From the IMG/VR virus record IMGVR_UViG_3300048599_000816, positions 32,545 through 96,544 of that record: a stretch of 64,000 nucleotides of DNA, one strand, 5' to 3'. The notes below the pieces were generated by a model. The model made no database searches, was not told the DNA's origin, and saw only the letters and a program-made list of their open reading frames with translations. The position numbers and the translations under genes are program-made. The number at the start of each line of letters is the position of its first letter. The first letter of the stretch is position 1. Positions 1 through 8,831 of the stretch are shown here, piece after piece. The stretch comes from a virus.

Positions 1-50
1 TGCATGAGTTCTTCAGTTTCTTGAGCATTTGTTTCTGTTGAATCACACAT
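1..50 (-). CDS. hypothetical protein, N-terminal fragment (gene continues past window start)
   Basis: ATG at 48-50 on minus strand gives MCDSTETNAQETEELM...; promoter-like motif 72-83 just upstream. Confidence 0.3.
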   Translation of the reverse strand, partial: MCDSTETNAQETEELM

Positions 51-71
51 ATTTTCTCCTTTTGATAAGAG

Positions 72-83
72 CTATATCGTGAG
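72..83 (-). promoter_or_regulatory. recurrent upstream motif instance (plus ctatatcgtgag)
   Basis: 25-35 nt upstream of minus-strand ATG at 50. Confidence 0.4.
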
Positions 84-101
84 AATTTCAACTTTTGCCA
101 A

Positions 102-1184
102 TTACCGACCACATATTTTTTTGATTTGTTCTTCAGGAATCCATATCCCTTGATGACATTCAATTTGCCCATTACATTTGAAAAGCATTTCCCCTGAGCC
201 TTTCATTTTTTCAGCACCAGATTCATCAAGAATGATCCTTGAATCTTGTTTGCTCTCTACTCTGAAAGCAACTCTTGCAGGCATATTAGCTTTGATTAGA
301 CCAGTCATGATTTCAACAACCGGTCTCTGTGTTGCCATTATAATATGGATACCAGCAGCTCTTGCTAATTGAGCAAGACGTGTTATTTTATCACTAATTG
401 ATTTGTCACCTGTCATCATCAAATCAGCAAGTTCATCAATCACAAGAACTATATAAGGAAGTTTAATTTTTGCTTGTTTGTTGTAATCAGTAATTGATTT
501 TACATCTGCCTTCTCAAGTTCCAAGTACCGTGTTTCCATTTCGTCAATTAAGCTTGAGAGCAACCCGTCGATTTGCTCTGGCCTTGTAGCAATTGGTGCA
601 TATAAATTAGGAATAGAACGATACAATGCAAATTCAACTCTTTTAGGATCAATTAAAGCAAGTTTGCATTGCTCAGGTCCTAATTTAGAAAGGAGTGAAA
701 GAATAGCTACATTCAAGAAAACAGATTTACCTGAACCAGTAGTTCCTGCAACTAACAGATGTGGCATCTTTGTAAGATCAATAACTTTTGTTGAACTTAT
801 GACAACAGGAAGTTTTTCATCACCAATGTGTTTGAATGCTTCAATGTCAGAAAAATCAAGTGCAATTGACTCGACTTTCTTTGGAAGTTCCTTTTTCTTT
901 ATTGTTGGTGTTGCACGAATTGAATTCAAATATTGACATACTTGAAAGTCAAATTTCCTGATTGTTTCGATTTCTTTTTCAAATCTCGATAACTTGTCAG
1001 CAACTAACATAAAGTCAGTTTTTTTGATTTCTTTGATTGTTTCTTCAACAAAGTTGTATTTCAATTTTCCTTGCATCTCTATAATGGAATCAGAATCAGA
1101 TTGACTCCCTATAAGGCGACGTAACTCACCACAGATAATTTTATCAGTTTTCAACATCGCTTGTATTTGTTTAATTTTATCCAT
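102..1184 (-). CDS. FtsK/SpoIIIE-family DNA translocase ATPase (motor domain only, no N-terminal TM or gamma domain)
   Basis: Walker A LLVAGTTGSGKS, Walker B YIVLVIDELADLMM, ARAAGIHIIMATQRP, closely matching FtsK motor motifs; SD AGGAGG before ATG. Confidence 0.85.
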   Translation of the reverse strand: MDKIKQIQAMLKTDKIICGELRRLIGSQSDSDSIIEMQGKLKYNFVEETIKEIKKTDFMLVADKLSRFEKEIETIRKFDFQVCQYLNSIRATPTIKKKELPKKVESIALDFSDIEAFKHIGDEKLPVVISSTKVIDLTKMPHLLVAGTTGSGKSVFLNVAILSLLSKLGPEQCKLALIDPKRVEFALYRSIPNLYAPIATRPEQIDGLLSSLIDEMETRYLELEKADVKSITDYNKQAKIKLPYIVLVIDELADLMMTGDKSISDKITRLAQLARAAGIHIIMATQRPVVEIMTGLIKANMPARVAFRVESKQDSRIILDESGAEKMKGSGEMLFKCNGQIECHQGIWIPEEQIKKICGR

Positions 1185-1202
1185 ATAATCCTCCTGTAAC
1201 TA

Positions 1203-1215
1203 GCGATATCGTGAG
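1203..1215 (-). promoter_or_regulatory. recurrent upstream motif instance (gcgatatcgtgag)
   Basis: 21 nt upstream of FtsK-like ATG, 5' of SD. Confidence 0.4.
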
Positions 1216-1233
1216 TCTCGACCTGTTTGCCAA

Positions 1234-1362
1234 TTATAGTTTTATTGTATTACCGCTTTTTGTCCAGCTTCTCAATTCCCAGAGTGAACAGTTTTTTAGA
1301 TACTTCCAGCCCATATATCGACCTGTGTCAGTATAAAATCTTACTGTTGCATATTTTGTCAT
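1234..1362 (-). CDS. hypothetical small protein (42 aa; track ORF extends to 1419)
   Basis: Internal ATG at 1360-1362 preceded by perfect SD AAGGAGAAG; promoter-like motif 1389-1400 would lie inside the longer ORF. Confidence 0.4.
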   Translation of the reverse strand: MTKYATVRFYTDTGRYMGWKYLKNCSLWELRSWTKSGNTIKL

Positions 1363-1388
1363 AACTTCTCCTTGTTTTGTTCTACAAA

Positions 1389-1400
1389 CTATATCGCGAG
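1389..1400 (-). promoter_or_regulatory. recurrent upstream motif instance (ctatatcgcgag)
   Basis: 27 nt upstream of ATG 1362 and its SD. Confidence 0.4.
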
Positions 1401-1435
1401 TTTTTCGAGTTTTTGCCATATACTCCTTATTATAG

Positions 1436-1645
1436 CTACTCGAAAAATTTGTTTTTCTTTTGTACTGTTTTATATGAATGATCTGGTTTGATTTTTTCTT
1501 CTTTTTGTATTACAAGTTTTACTTCTTCTTGATCAGGTATTAACGGTTCAATTACAAAAACAGAAGTCTGTATTGATAATAAATATCGGAATCTTTCAAG
1601 ATTAGCTTTTCTCATACCCGTGCCGATTATAGCTATTTTTTTCAT
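1436..1645 (-). CDS. hypothetical protein
   Basis: Non-overlapping minus ORF in co-directional array; ATG start; motif 1703-1715 upstream. Confidence 0.35.
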   Translation of the reverse strand: MKKIAIIGTGMRKANLERFRYLLSIQTSVFVIEPLIPDQEEVKLVIQKEEKIKPDHSYKTVQKKNKFFE

Positions 1646-1702
1646 AGGTTTTCCAAGTTTACTTTTGCAATAAGGTTTTAATAAAATTCAGAGACTTTAA
1701 AG

Positions 1703-1715
1703 CTTATATCACGAG
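1703..1715 (-). promoter_or_regulatory. recurrent upstream motif instance (cttatatcacgag)
   Basis: ~55 nt upstream of ATG 1645. Confidence 0.35.
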
Positions 1716-1880
1716 TTTATGCGCTACCACCACATGAATCACAGAATAAGGCTAGCCAACATGTGTGAATTTATCGAGTGTGCAGAAGTGAATTAATCAA
1801 AAACAGTTGATTTAATCTACTCCCGCCCTGTAAGGCCACTGTTAAGCACCTCGGAACGGAGTCGAACTAAGTTCGGCATC
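1716..1880. other. GC-enriched structured intergenic island
   Basis: GC content stands out from flanks; GGAGTCGAAC T-loop-like sequence; no ORF; no cloverleaf found. Confidence 0.35.
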
Positions 1881-1901
1881 TCAATTAAATCTTTTAAATC
1901 G

Positions 1902-2162
1902 TTATTTTTTCTTTGTTTTTAAGGTATCAATTTTACTTGATTTTACAGTGTCAATCTTGACAACTGCAGTCGTGTCTTTCAAAGAATAAATAAACTTCGT
2001 TGTGTCATGTTTGATAGCAAGAACTGTGTCACAAATTACAACTTTTGTAGTATCAGCTGTGATAACAGTCTTTACTTCGCTTTTTAAAGCTTTTGTCTTT
2101 TGAACTGTTTGTGCAGTAGAAAATAAAGATACACAAATGATTGTTAATAAAACTTTGATCAT
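1902..2162 (-). CDS. secreted repeat protein (signal peptide, DTTK/IDTVK repeats)
   Basis: N-terminal hydrophobic signal MIKVLLTIICVSLFSTAQT; short Thr/Lys repeats. Confidence 0.45.
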   Translation of the reverse strand: MIKVLLTIICVSLFSTAQTVQKTKALKSEVKTVITADTTKVVICDTVLAIKHDTTKFIYSLKDTTAVVKIDTVKSSKIDTLKTKKK

Positions 2163-2243
2163 ATCTCACCTGTTTGTTAGAAAGATCTGACATACTGATA
2201 AAGAAACTGTAACAAGTCTCTTTATCAATTTTTAAAAAAGTTA

Positions 2244-2807
2244 TTATGCGCCGAAGTATTTTGCAATCAGGTCGTTAAGTTCATCCTGAGTTGTGATTTT
2301 TCCGAGCATTCTGGTTTTACCAAGATGATTTTTCTTTGCATCTTCTTCAGTAACAGGCTTGAATGCTTTGAAACCAGTAACTTTATGTGTAAGACCGACA
2401 CTTGATCCCCGCATCCACATACGTTTTTCACCTTGTGTTGCAGTAACAACATACTTCGTTTCTTTTACTTCGACACCCTTAGGTGCTTTAACTTTCAAAG
2501 GAACTTTCTTTTCACGAGACTTTTTTTCAACTTTGGGCTCTGCAGTTTTCTTTGTAGCTTTTTTGACTTCAGCTTTTACTGCAGTTTTAACTTCAGGTTT
2601 TTTTGTTTCAACCTTTTTTGCTTCAGTCTTTTTGACTTCTGGTTTTGCTACAGTTTTTTTCTCTGTTTTTTTGACTTCAGTCTTCTTGACTCCAGACTTT
2701 TTCACTTCAGCCTCTTTGACTTCAGGCTTTACTGCGGCTGTGTTTTTAGCCATTTCATCTGCTCCTTTTTCTGCCTGATCTGGCAGAGAGTTTGTGACTT
2801 CACTCAT
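2244..2807 (-). CDS. lysine-rich tandem-repeat protein (histone H1-like N-terminus plus conserved C-terminal domain)
   Basis: Repeats EVKKxE/TEVKK in protein and ttgacttcag-type repeats in DNA; motif 2854-2867 upstream. Confidence 0.65.
   Translation of the reverse strand: MSEVTNSLPDQAEKGADEMAKNTAAVKPEVKEAEVKKSGVKKTEVKKTEKKTVAKPEVKKTEAKKVETKKPEVKTAVKAEVKKATKKTAEPKVEKKSREKKVPLKVKAPKGVEVKETKYVVTATQGEKRMWMRGSSVGLTHKVTGFKAFKPVTEEDAKKNHLGKTRMLGKITTQDELNDLIAKYFGA
2500..2745. repeat. imperfect tandem repeats encoding the K-rich (P/T)EVKK units
   Basis: Repeated gacttcag(c/t)(c/t)ttt units visible in sequence. Confidence 0.5.
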
Positions 2808-2853
2808 AGTAACTCCTCAAGTAGGTTGTTAAACTAGCATCTACAGAACTAAA

Positions 2854-2867
2854 TTTATATCGCGCAC
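2854..2867 (-). promoter_or_regulatory. recurrent upstream motif instance (tttatatcgcgcac)
   Basis: ~50 nt upstream of ATG 2807. Confidence 0.35.
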
Positions 2868-2881
2868 AGACAAAATGATCA

Positions 2882-3136
2882 TTAAAATGAAGATTTTTTT
2901 GCAGACACTCCACTTGTAAACAAGCGAGCTTTCTCGATTTCTTCACGTGAAATTATTGGAGTATCTTTAGCAGGTACAGATTCTGATTCAACTAAACCAA
3001 GTTTTTCAGCGACTTTCTGTATAAGAAGGAGAGCATTTTCGAAGCGTTCAATAGAAACAAGTGCATCAGCATCGTTTTTATGAGCAAAACGGTTAGCTGT
3101 TACTACAGCACGTAATTTCTCTGTATCGATTAACAT
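2882..3136 (-). CDS. hypothetical protein
   Basis: Non-overlapping minus ORF. Confidence 0.4.
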   Translation of the reverse strand: MLIDTEKLRAVVTANRFAHKNDADALVSIERFENALLLIQKVAEKLGLVESESVPAKDTPIISREEIEKARLFTSGVSAKKSSF

Positions 3137-3137
3137 G

Positions 3138-3338
3138 TTACTTCTTTCTTTCAGGAAGGTTTAAATTTTCGATTTCTTCTAGTGCTTCGTTTGTAAGAGT
3201 TTGTAATGCTTGCCAGTTCTGACGAATTGTTGCTTTATCTTTGCCACCCATTAAAATCATTACTGGATTTCCTGCATCTCTTTCAATAAGGAGATCTACT
3301 CGTGCACCATCACTAGATAGCTGCATTTTTTTTGTCAT
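3138..3338 (-). CDS. hypothetical protein
   Basis: Non-overlapping minus ORF, 1-nt spacing to neighbours. Confidence 0.4.
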   Translation of the reverse strand: MTKKMQLSSDGARVDLLIERDAGNPVMILMGGKDKATIRQNWQALQTLTNEALEEIENLNLPERKK

Positions 3339-3340
3339 GA

Positions 3341-3532
3341 TTATTCTCCCTTAAGATTTTGTTCCTCAGTATCAGTATGTTGATTATTTAAAAGATCCTC
3401 ATTACCTCTATGAGGACAACCTCTGCACTTTTTATCTTGGCATGGTTGTTTGCAGAAAACAACGCGCTCCAAAATATTAGTAGCAAATAAAGCGCAACGA
3501 TATTCTTTTATCCAACGACGTTTCCGTTTCAT
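3341..3532 (-). CDS. Cys-rich zinc-binding mini-protein
   Basis: CKQPCQDKKCRGCPHRG cluster; motif 3537-3550 upstream. Confidence 0.4.
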   Translation of the reverse strand: MKRKRRWIKEYRCALFATNILERVVFCKQPCQDKKCRGCPHRGNEDLLNNQHTDTEEQNLKGE

Positions 3533-3536
3533 ATTA

Positions 3537-3550
3537 GATATATCGTTATG
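3537..3550 (-). promoter_or_regulatory. recurrent upstream motif instance (gatatatcgttatg)
   Basis: Just upstream of ATG 3532. Confidence 0.35.
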
Positions 3551-3571
3551 TTCTGAGCGATTGCCAATTTT

Positions 3572-3898
3572 TCAAACTCTTTTGCATTCCCAAGCTTTGA
3601 AATGCTCAGTCTCAGGATTTTGACCTTTGACAATGAAAGTAGGTTTTGACATGATTTCTTTTAAAGCATCGAGAATGTCATCGTGTTGTTTTCTTCCTCG
3701 TTTTGAAGTGTAAGGTCCATAACCACCACTACCCCATTCAGAAAAAGGAAAAGTCGAAATAGAATTTGTTTGTTCAAGTTCAGTTGCTGCAGCTTCAAGT
3801 TGATAAGCATCAGGCGATGTATATTCTGTAGTTCCAGGTTGCAATCTTGCATACTTTGCAAGAAAGTTTCTGATTTTTAGACTTAATTTATTTGACAT
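3572..3898 (-). CDS. hypothetical protein
   Basis: Minus ORF, ATG start, 11-nt overlap with upstream gene. Confidence 0.4.
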   Translation of the reverse strand: MSNKLSLKIRNFLAKYARLQPGTTEYTSPDAYQLEAAATELEQTNSISTFPFSEWGSGGYGPYTSKRGRKQHDDILDALKEIMSKPTFIVKGQNPETEHFKAWECKRV

Positions 3899-4247
3899 GT
3901 GGAACTCCTAAAGTTTTGCATTGTTTTGGGAAATAAACAGTTAGACCGCAATCAGAACCAAGAAAGAAAACATGTGTTACACAAACTGCACCTTCAGGTA
4001 TTTCTACTATTTCGTTTTCAGGTCTTTTCCAGGGAGCAAAATCAGGGACATTAAGCATATTTCCATTATCAAGACGAACAAATTTATAGTATGTTTTGCT
4101 TCCACCTGACCAGTTTGCATTGTCTCCTGTATCAATTTCAGAAACGTACTGTAATGAAAACTTTCTTCCATTATAGTCAGGATATGCATATTTAGCAATT
4201 TTAACGATTGTCGGATGTGTTTTTGTAGTTATTTTCATAATAAACAC
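3888..4247 (-). CDS. hypothetical protein (likely starts at ATG 4236-4238)
   Basis: Track start is GTG; in-frame ATG 9 nt downstream; motif 4246-4257. Confidence 0.4.
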   Translation of the reverse strand: MFIMKITTKTHPTIVKIAKYAYPDYNGRKFSLQYVSEIDTGDNANWSGGSKTYYKFVRLDNGNMLNVPDFAPWKRPENEIVEIPEGAVCVTHVFFLGSDCGLTVYFPKQCKTLGVPHVK

Positions 4248-4257
4248 ATATCGTTAT
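4246..4257 (-). promoter_or_regulatory. recurrent upstream motif instance (acatatcgttat)
   Basis: Upstream of ATG 4238. Confidence 0.35.
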
Positions 4258-4275
4258 ATTTTTTTTAATTGCCAA

Positions 4276-4611
4276 TTATTTTTCTAAAGAGTCTTTGATC
4301 CAACTAACTTCTTCAGAAGTAAGTTTTTGCAAAAGTTTGTTTGTTAGACGTTTTTTTGTATCGCTTTCAATTGCTTTTTTGAGCTGACTCCAAGCAGCAT
4401 CAATACATTCACGAGCAGTATCTTTTTGCGTTTGAAAAAGAGGTTTGCTCCAGTCAAAAGTACCATATCTGTCTACAACAGCATAAGCAATACAATGAGC
4501 ACCTACCATAAGCATATTTGCATGTATTTGATAGCGTTTACTATCTATCATAATGTCATTAGGAAACAATGACTCTACAGTCTTTTTAAATTCTTGTTCT
4601 CTATCGCTCAT
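4276..4611 (-). CDS. hypothetical protein
   Basis: ATG at 4609-4611 forms ATGA overlap with upstream stop; track TTG start at 4638. Confidence 0.4.
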   Translation of the reverse strand: MSDREQEFKKTVESLFPNDIMIDSKRYQIHANMLMVGAHCIAYAVVDRYGTFDWSKPLFQTQKDTARECIDAAWSQLKKAIESDTKKRLTNKLLQKLTSEEVSWIKDSLEK

Positions 4612-4931
4612 AAAAAAGTCGTTATTGTTAAAATCCAAATAATATGTAATAGATTGTCAGTAAGAATAATTGACCAGGGTGCACAAGGCCCTGTAGCAAA
4701 TTTTTCACTACCCTTTATTTTCATTAACCACAACACAAAGTTTGTTCTATCTTGTATAAAATGTTGAATAGCAATTAAAACAAGTGCAAGCCATGAAAGA
4801 TGACAAAACAAAAAAGGAATCATATAACATAACACATGTACTAAACAAATAAGAGAATTCTTTTTCTTGTTTAATGCCATCCAATCATTTTGCAAAAGAT
4901 AATCGCCAATAAAATGTGATAAAATCAACAT
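4608..4931 (-). CDS. small membrane protein
   Basis: Three hydrophobic segments. Confidence 0.4.
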   Translation of the reverse strand: MLILSHFIGDYLLQNDWMALNKKKNSLICLVHVLCYMIPFLFCHLSWLALVLIAIQHFIQDRTNFVLWLMKIKGSEKFATGPCAPWSIILTDNLLHIIWILTITTFL

Positions 4932-5308
4932 GTCTTATTCTCAATCTTCAAAAACCTGTTTTCTGACTCGGACCAAGCTTCATCAAAGCTTGGATAACGA
5001 TTTTGCTCTTTTTTTGTTTTTTCGACAAGTTCGTCAAGACTTATCGAACTTGCTTCAATTTGATCATGAAAATAAGCAAGCTCTTCATCTTTTCTTGTTA
5101 TTTCATTTTTTAAAACATTGACAGAATTTTTGAGTTTATTAATTTCATCAACATACTCGTCATCAACATTTATGTTATCTTTTTCTTTTAACGCGACTAC
5201 AAAATCAAGAAGATCTTCGACAAAATTGTTTCCGCGCGCAAATTCAAGTAATTTGAAATGTGTTTCTGAGTCAAAACGCTTGCAATGAATAAGTTCACTA
5301 AGCTCCAT
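4925..5308 (-). CDS. coiled-coil hypothetical protein
   Basis: Minus ORF, charged heptad-like segments. Confidence 0.4.
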   Translation of the reverse strand: MELSELIHCKRFDSETHFKLLEFARGNNFVEDLLDFVVALKEKDNINVDDEYVDEINKLKNSVNVLKNEITRKDEELAYFHDQIEASSISLDELVEKTKKEQNRYPSFDEAWSESENRFLKIENKTC

Positions 5309-5392
5309 GATTTCTCTCCTTTATGTGGACATTTTTTAATTAGGAGATTTTATATTATTGAGCTTGAAGTGTGATAAAACTTGTGAATTATT

Positions 5393-5650
5393 TCACCAAT
5401 TTGCACTACCTTCATTATCAAGTCTCGAAGCATAAGCTGGATCAGAACGAAGAAATGTTAGAAGTTGTTTCCCGTATTCATTTAAGTTTTTTCTCATTGC
5501 TTTTAAACAACGTTTGCATGTTACTTGGTTTTTGTCTTGAGTATAATTTTCAAAAGAAGTAAGACCACATGATGTTCCCCAGTCACTTGGTTCATTACTC
5601 TCAGGATATGTGTTTTCATACCCATAATGTATCACTTTAGATTTTGTCAT
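5393..5650 (-). CDS. zinc-ribbon hypothetical protein
   Basis: ATG at 5648-5650 overlaps upstream gene end by 14 nt; CGLTS...CKRC. Confidence 0.4.
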   Translation of the reverse strand: MTKSKVIHYGYENTYPESNEPSDWGTSCGLTSFENYTQDKNQVTCKRCLKAMRKNLNEYGKQLLTFLRSDPAYASRLDNEGSANW

Positions 5651-6017
5651 AAATAAATCTTGCTTTGTTATGTTTTTGTTGTCTTTCAAGAGCTAAGCGA
5701 TTAAAATCAAAAGTCATATAGCTTTTTTCATTTGGTTTAGTTGGTACCCACTCAGCAACATAACCTTTTTCATAACACTCTTTGGTACCAGGCCAAAATC
5801 CATCCCAAACATCACCGTCAGCTTCATCAGAAGTACAATCACAAGACAAACGTTGTCCGCCACAGAGAAGACACCGAGCAACATCGCAGCCTTCTCTGTG
5901 TTTTTCACCTGGCATAACTCCACAATCATGACAAGAATTGTCAGACTTTGGTTGACGTTCAGCTAGCAAACTATCAAGTAACTCTTTAGATGGATTGTCT
6001 ACTACTCTCCACGGCAT
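5637..6017 (-). CDS. Cys-rich metal-binding protein
   Basis: CHDCG...CDVARCLLCGG...CDC cluster. Confidence 0.45.
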   Translation of the reverse strand: MPWRVVDNPSKELLDSLLAERQPKSDNSCHDCGVMPGEKHREGCDVARCLLCGGQRLSCDCTSDEADGDVWDGFWPGTKECYEKGYVAEWVPTKPNEKSYMTFDFNRLALERQQKHNKARFIYDKI

Positions 6018-6119
6018 TTTTTGTTTTACTTTCTTTCATTCAACTATCATATTAGATTTTGATATGAATCAGTCTCGCCTATCTTGTGCAAACTCGTTTA
6101 TTATTCATATAGTTCTATA

Positions 6120-6767
6120 TTAAGATAGATCGCTTTTTTCCTGTTGTTTTTTTAACCAAATTATTTTTGAATTTTTAGGACAGTCTTTTTCTTCTTGTTT
6201 TTTACATTTTTGTTGTGGTGGATTTCTTAATGCTATAACTTCTGCATTAGTAAGTTCAATGTAAGTGTTAGCATTAGATCCAACATATCCAGTATAGCCT
6301 GTGTGACCTGAATAACCAGAATACTCAAATCCTGTTGACCCAACAATTCCTGTGAATTCGCCACCATTAGCCATACTTCTTAGTGATGCAACAGGTGCAG
6401 TAGACATCCAAGTGACGTCAGAATTTTTGTCCATGATAACACTAGAAATAACAGGAACATTTATAAAAACAGAATCAAGATTAGGATCAATAAAAGAAGC
6501 TCTAAAAACCCATGTTCCATTGTTACTAACAAACACATTATTATAAGTGCAAATTCTATAATCATCAAGAGACATAATAATGCTACCTGTTTCAGCATTA
6601 TTATGTAAAATGACAAAACTGTTTAAAAACGAAGAAATTTTAGTATTTCTGATTTGTCTTGCAAACATGTTCCAAGCAACAGAAATATCGTTCAAGTGAG
6701 GATTTGATGATAAAACAAGTTTTAAAACTTCAAAAAAATGAGCTTTATATAGTTTTGAATTAAACAT
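6120..6767 (-). CDS. hypothetical protein with Gly/Tyr-rich segment
   Basis: GFEYSGYSGHTGYTGYVGS low-complexity. Confidence 0.45.
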   Translation of the reverse strand: MFNSKLYKAHFFEVLKLVLSSNPHLNDISVAWNMFARQIRNTKISSFLNSFVILHNNAETGSIIMSLDDYRICTYNNVFVSNNGTWVFRASFIDPNLDSVFINVPVISSVIMDKNSDVTWMSTAPVASLRSMANGGEFTGIVGSTGFEYSGYSGHTGYTGYVGSNANTYIELTNAEVIALRNPPQQKCKKQEEKDCPKNSKIIWLKKQQEKSDLS

Positions 6768-6770
6768 AAA

Positions 6771-7340
6771 TTAACGTGAAAGTCTACTTAGAATTATTCC
6801 TGAAAAAATATTTGATAAAGACAATAATAACATATTTGTATGTGTTTTTGTCCATTGACGCTCGATTTTATATTCTGTATTTTTAAGTCTTAACTTCTCA
6901 GTAGAATTTGCATCAATAAATGTAAAAGTAGTTGTGAGACAACCAAACAAAACTTGACTTATACCAATGACTCTATATTTTTCTTTTAATCTTGTTAAAT
7001 ACTTTTCGTCTTCAATAAAACTTGTTGATAAAGGATATTTGTTTTTTAGAATTTTATAACTTTCATAAACTGAGTCTCTTAGAGCAATAACTTTGTTTTT
7101 ATTTTGTTCAACTCTATTCAAAATATTTATTTTTTCTAAAGAATCAGCAGAAGTTATCATTTTTTTTAATGTTTGCAATTCAAACTTCAAAAGTATTTCG
7201 TTATTTACACCATTCATCAGAGAATCTTTAGAGTTACTTTCGTCATAAAGATTTTGAGATTGCAAAGAGATAACAATAGATAATACAATAATTAAAAGTT
7301 TTAAAAACATAAAACGTCTCCTAAAGAAAAAGTTATTCAT
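6771..7340 (-). CDS. secreted/membrane-anchored coiled-coil protein
   Basis: N-terminal TM/signal LKLLIIVLSIVISL, C-terminal hydrophobic tail; motif 7338-7351. Confidence 0.45.
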   Translation of the reverse strand: MNNFFFRRRFMFLKLLIIVLSIVISLQSQNLYDESNSKDSLMNGVNNEILLKFELQTLKKMITSADSLEKINILNRVEQNKNKVIALRDSVYESYKILKNKYPLSTSFIEDEKYLTRLKEKYRVIGISQVLFGCLTTTFTFIDANSTEKLRLKNTEYKIERQWTKTHTNMLLLSLSNIFSGIILSRLSR

Positions 7341-7654
7341 ATATCGTTTTTAAGAATTGTGATTAAATCATCATACATTATCAATGCTGCATCTTGAGGT
7401 GATGCATCTACTAATTTTGACCTATTATCATCAAACCATTGTTGAAATGTAGGCAAGCATGCAATTCTCCCTCGTTTAACGAAACTCATTATTTTTACTG
7501 AATTTCGATTAAGGTTGTACATTGGATCTTCTTCAGGATTACGGCAACCACATTCAGTCTTAATTGCTGTTCCCAAGTAATCTTTGACATCATCATCACA
7601 AGCACCTTCAGGTACTTGAAGTTCGACAGCATAAATTTTTTTATTGTTTTTCAT
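7337..7654 (-). CDS. hypothetical protein
   Basis: ATGA overlap with downstream gene. Confidence 0.4.
   Translation of the reverse strand: MKNNKKIYAVELQVPEGACDDDVKDYLGTAIKTECGCRNPEEDPMYNLNRNSVKIMSFVKRGRIACLPTFQQWFDDNRSKLVDASPQDAALIMYDDLITILKNDI
7338..7351 (-). promoter_or_regulatory. recurrent upstream motif instance (catatatcgttttt)
   Basis: Abuts ATG 7340. Confidence 0.3.
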
Positions 7655-7662
7655 AACTTTGT

Positions 7663-7899
7663 TTATGTAGAAAATAATTGTTTAAGAAATGATGTTTGAC
7701 ATGTACTTAATCGTTTTTTGTTAGAATCTGTACCATTACAATGGTACCACCTTTTTCCACCAACTTTAAACCTTTTACACTTACTGCACTCAACACTATT
7801 GTCTGTTGTTGGACAATTTTTATATTTTAAAATTTTGTTCTTTGTCGATTGTACTTGGTCAATAACATTCATGGTATCCTTCTTATGTTTGTAATACAA
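7663..7899 (-). CDS. Cys-rich mini-protein
   Basis: CPTTDNSVECSKCKR...C. Confidence 0.35.
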   Translation of the reverse strand: MYYKHKKDTMNVIDQVQSTKNKILKYKNCPTTDNSVECSKCKRFKVGGKRWYHCNGTDSNKKRLSTCQTSFLKQLFST

Positions 7900-8201
7900 G
7901 CATCATCAAAATTTACACGTAAATGATAGCCCATCTCTGCAGCTAGATCGTCAGTTAATCCACAATCCCCAAAACGAGAAACCATGACAATTTTCAAAGT
8001 CGTACCTACAGGAATTTTTTTCACAATATGATTACTTTCATAAGGATGTTTCCCGTTCCAGCACTTTAACTCAACTTGTTTAACTGTAGTCACATATGCA
8101 TGAGTAAGTTGATGATTGACTTTGCTTTTATATAATTCATCAATTATTATTCTCTCGTCATCAGTAAGCTGTCGGACATCAGCTTGATTTTGAATATTCA
8201 T
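7869..8201 (-). CDS. hypothetical protein
   Basis: ATG 8199-8201 in ATGA overlap with upstream stop. Confidence 0.4.
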   Translation of the reverse strand: MNIQNQADVRQLTDDERIIIDELYKSKVNHQLTHAYVTTVKQVELKCWNGKHPYESNHIVKKIPVGTTLKIVMVSRFGDCGLTDDLAAEMGYHLRVNFDDACITNIRRIP

Positions 8202-8428
8202 TCTAAATTCCATCTATGACCACATTGACAAACACCAATGCATTCAGGTTTTTTAACGAGATTTATTTCGACGTTTTCTCCGCTATCTCTACATTTTGGA
8301 CATATCAAGTTTTTTACAAACCCAAGTTTTTTCTCAAGCCATTCAACATACTCGATATCAGGCTCTCCATCGCCATTTACCCATGAAATTCCTGTTTCTT
8401 TTTTAAATTCATCGCGATATGAGTACAT
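8198..8428 (-). CDS. zinc-ribbon mini-protein
   Basis: CPKCRDSG...CQCGHRW. Confidence 0.4.
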   Translation of the reverse strand: MYSYRDEFKKETGISWVNGDGEPDIEYVEWLEKKLGFVKNLICPKCRDSGENVEINLVKKPECIGVCQCGHRWNLE

Positions 8429-8429
8429 T

Positions 8430-8831
8430 TTATTTCTTCACACCAAAATAAGGAAGACCACCAGGAAGACTCGACCACATCACTCTTGGTAACAAGAAAC
8501 TTCCAAGATTCAAACCTATTGCTAAAATGCACAACTGTTCCATTACTTTATGATAGCTTGTCCATTGCTCACCAGTTTTTGTAAAACACATATCAAGAAA
8601 TGTATAACCTCCACCTGCATCAGGCTGATATTGAGAGGGTAGTTCTTCTAGACATTTCTTAACATCTTCACGATGGGATTCAAGACGCTCAGGATGAAAT
8701 GCGACTTTTGTAGATATTCCTTCAACTTTTATAGCATTTTCAGGCGGTTTTGTTGTGCCGTTTATTTCCTCTTCAGTGAAGAAACAATCAAGAAACATTT
8801 CTGTCACTTTTTCTGAAGTTAACATTGTCAT
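8430..8831 (-). CDS. hypothetical protein
   Basis: ATGA overlap with upstream ATPase gene. Confidence 0.4.
   Translation of the reverse strand: MTMLTSEKVTEMFLDCFFTEEEINGTTKPPENAIKVEGISTKVAFHPERLESHREDVKKCLEELPSQYQPDAGGGYTFLDMCFTKTGEQWTSYHKVMEQLCILAIGLNLGSFLLPRVMWSSLPGGLPYFGVKK

Noticed and set aside
1716-1880. tRNA gene in the GC-rich island
   Set aside because: Only a T-loop-like heptamer was found; no acceptor or D stems.
2359-2837. Plus-strand ORFs 2359-2778 and 2433-2837
   Set aside because: Antisense to the repeat-containing K-rich gene; F/S/L-rich low-complexity translation typical of the antisense frame of an AT-rich coding region.
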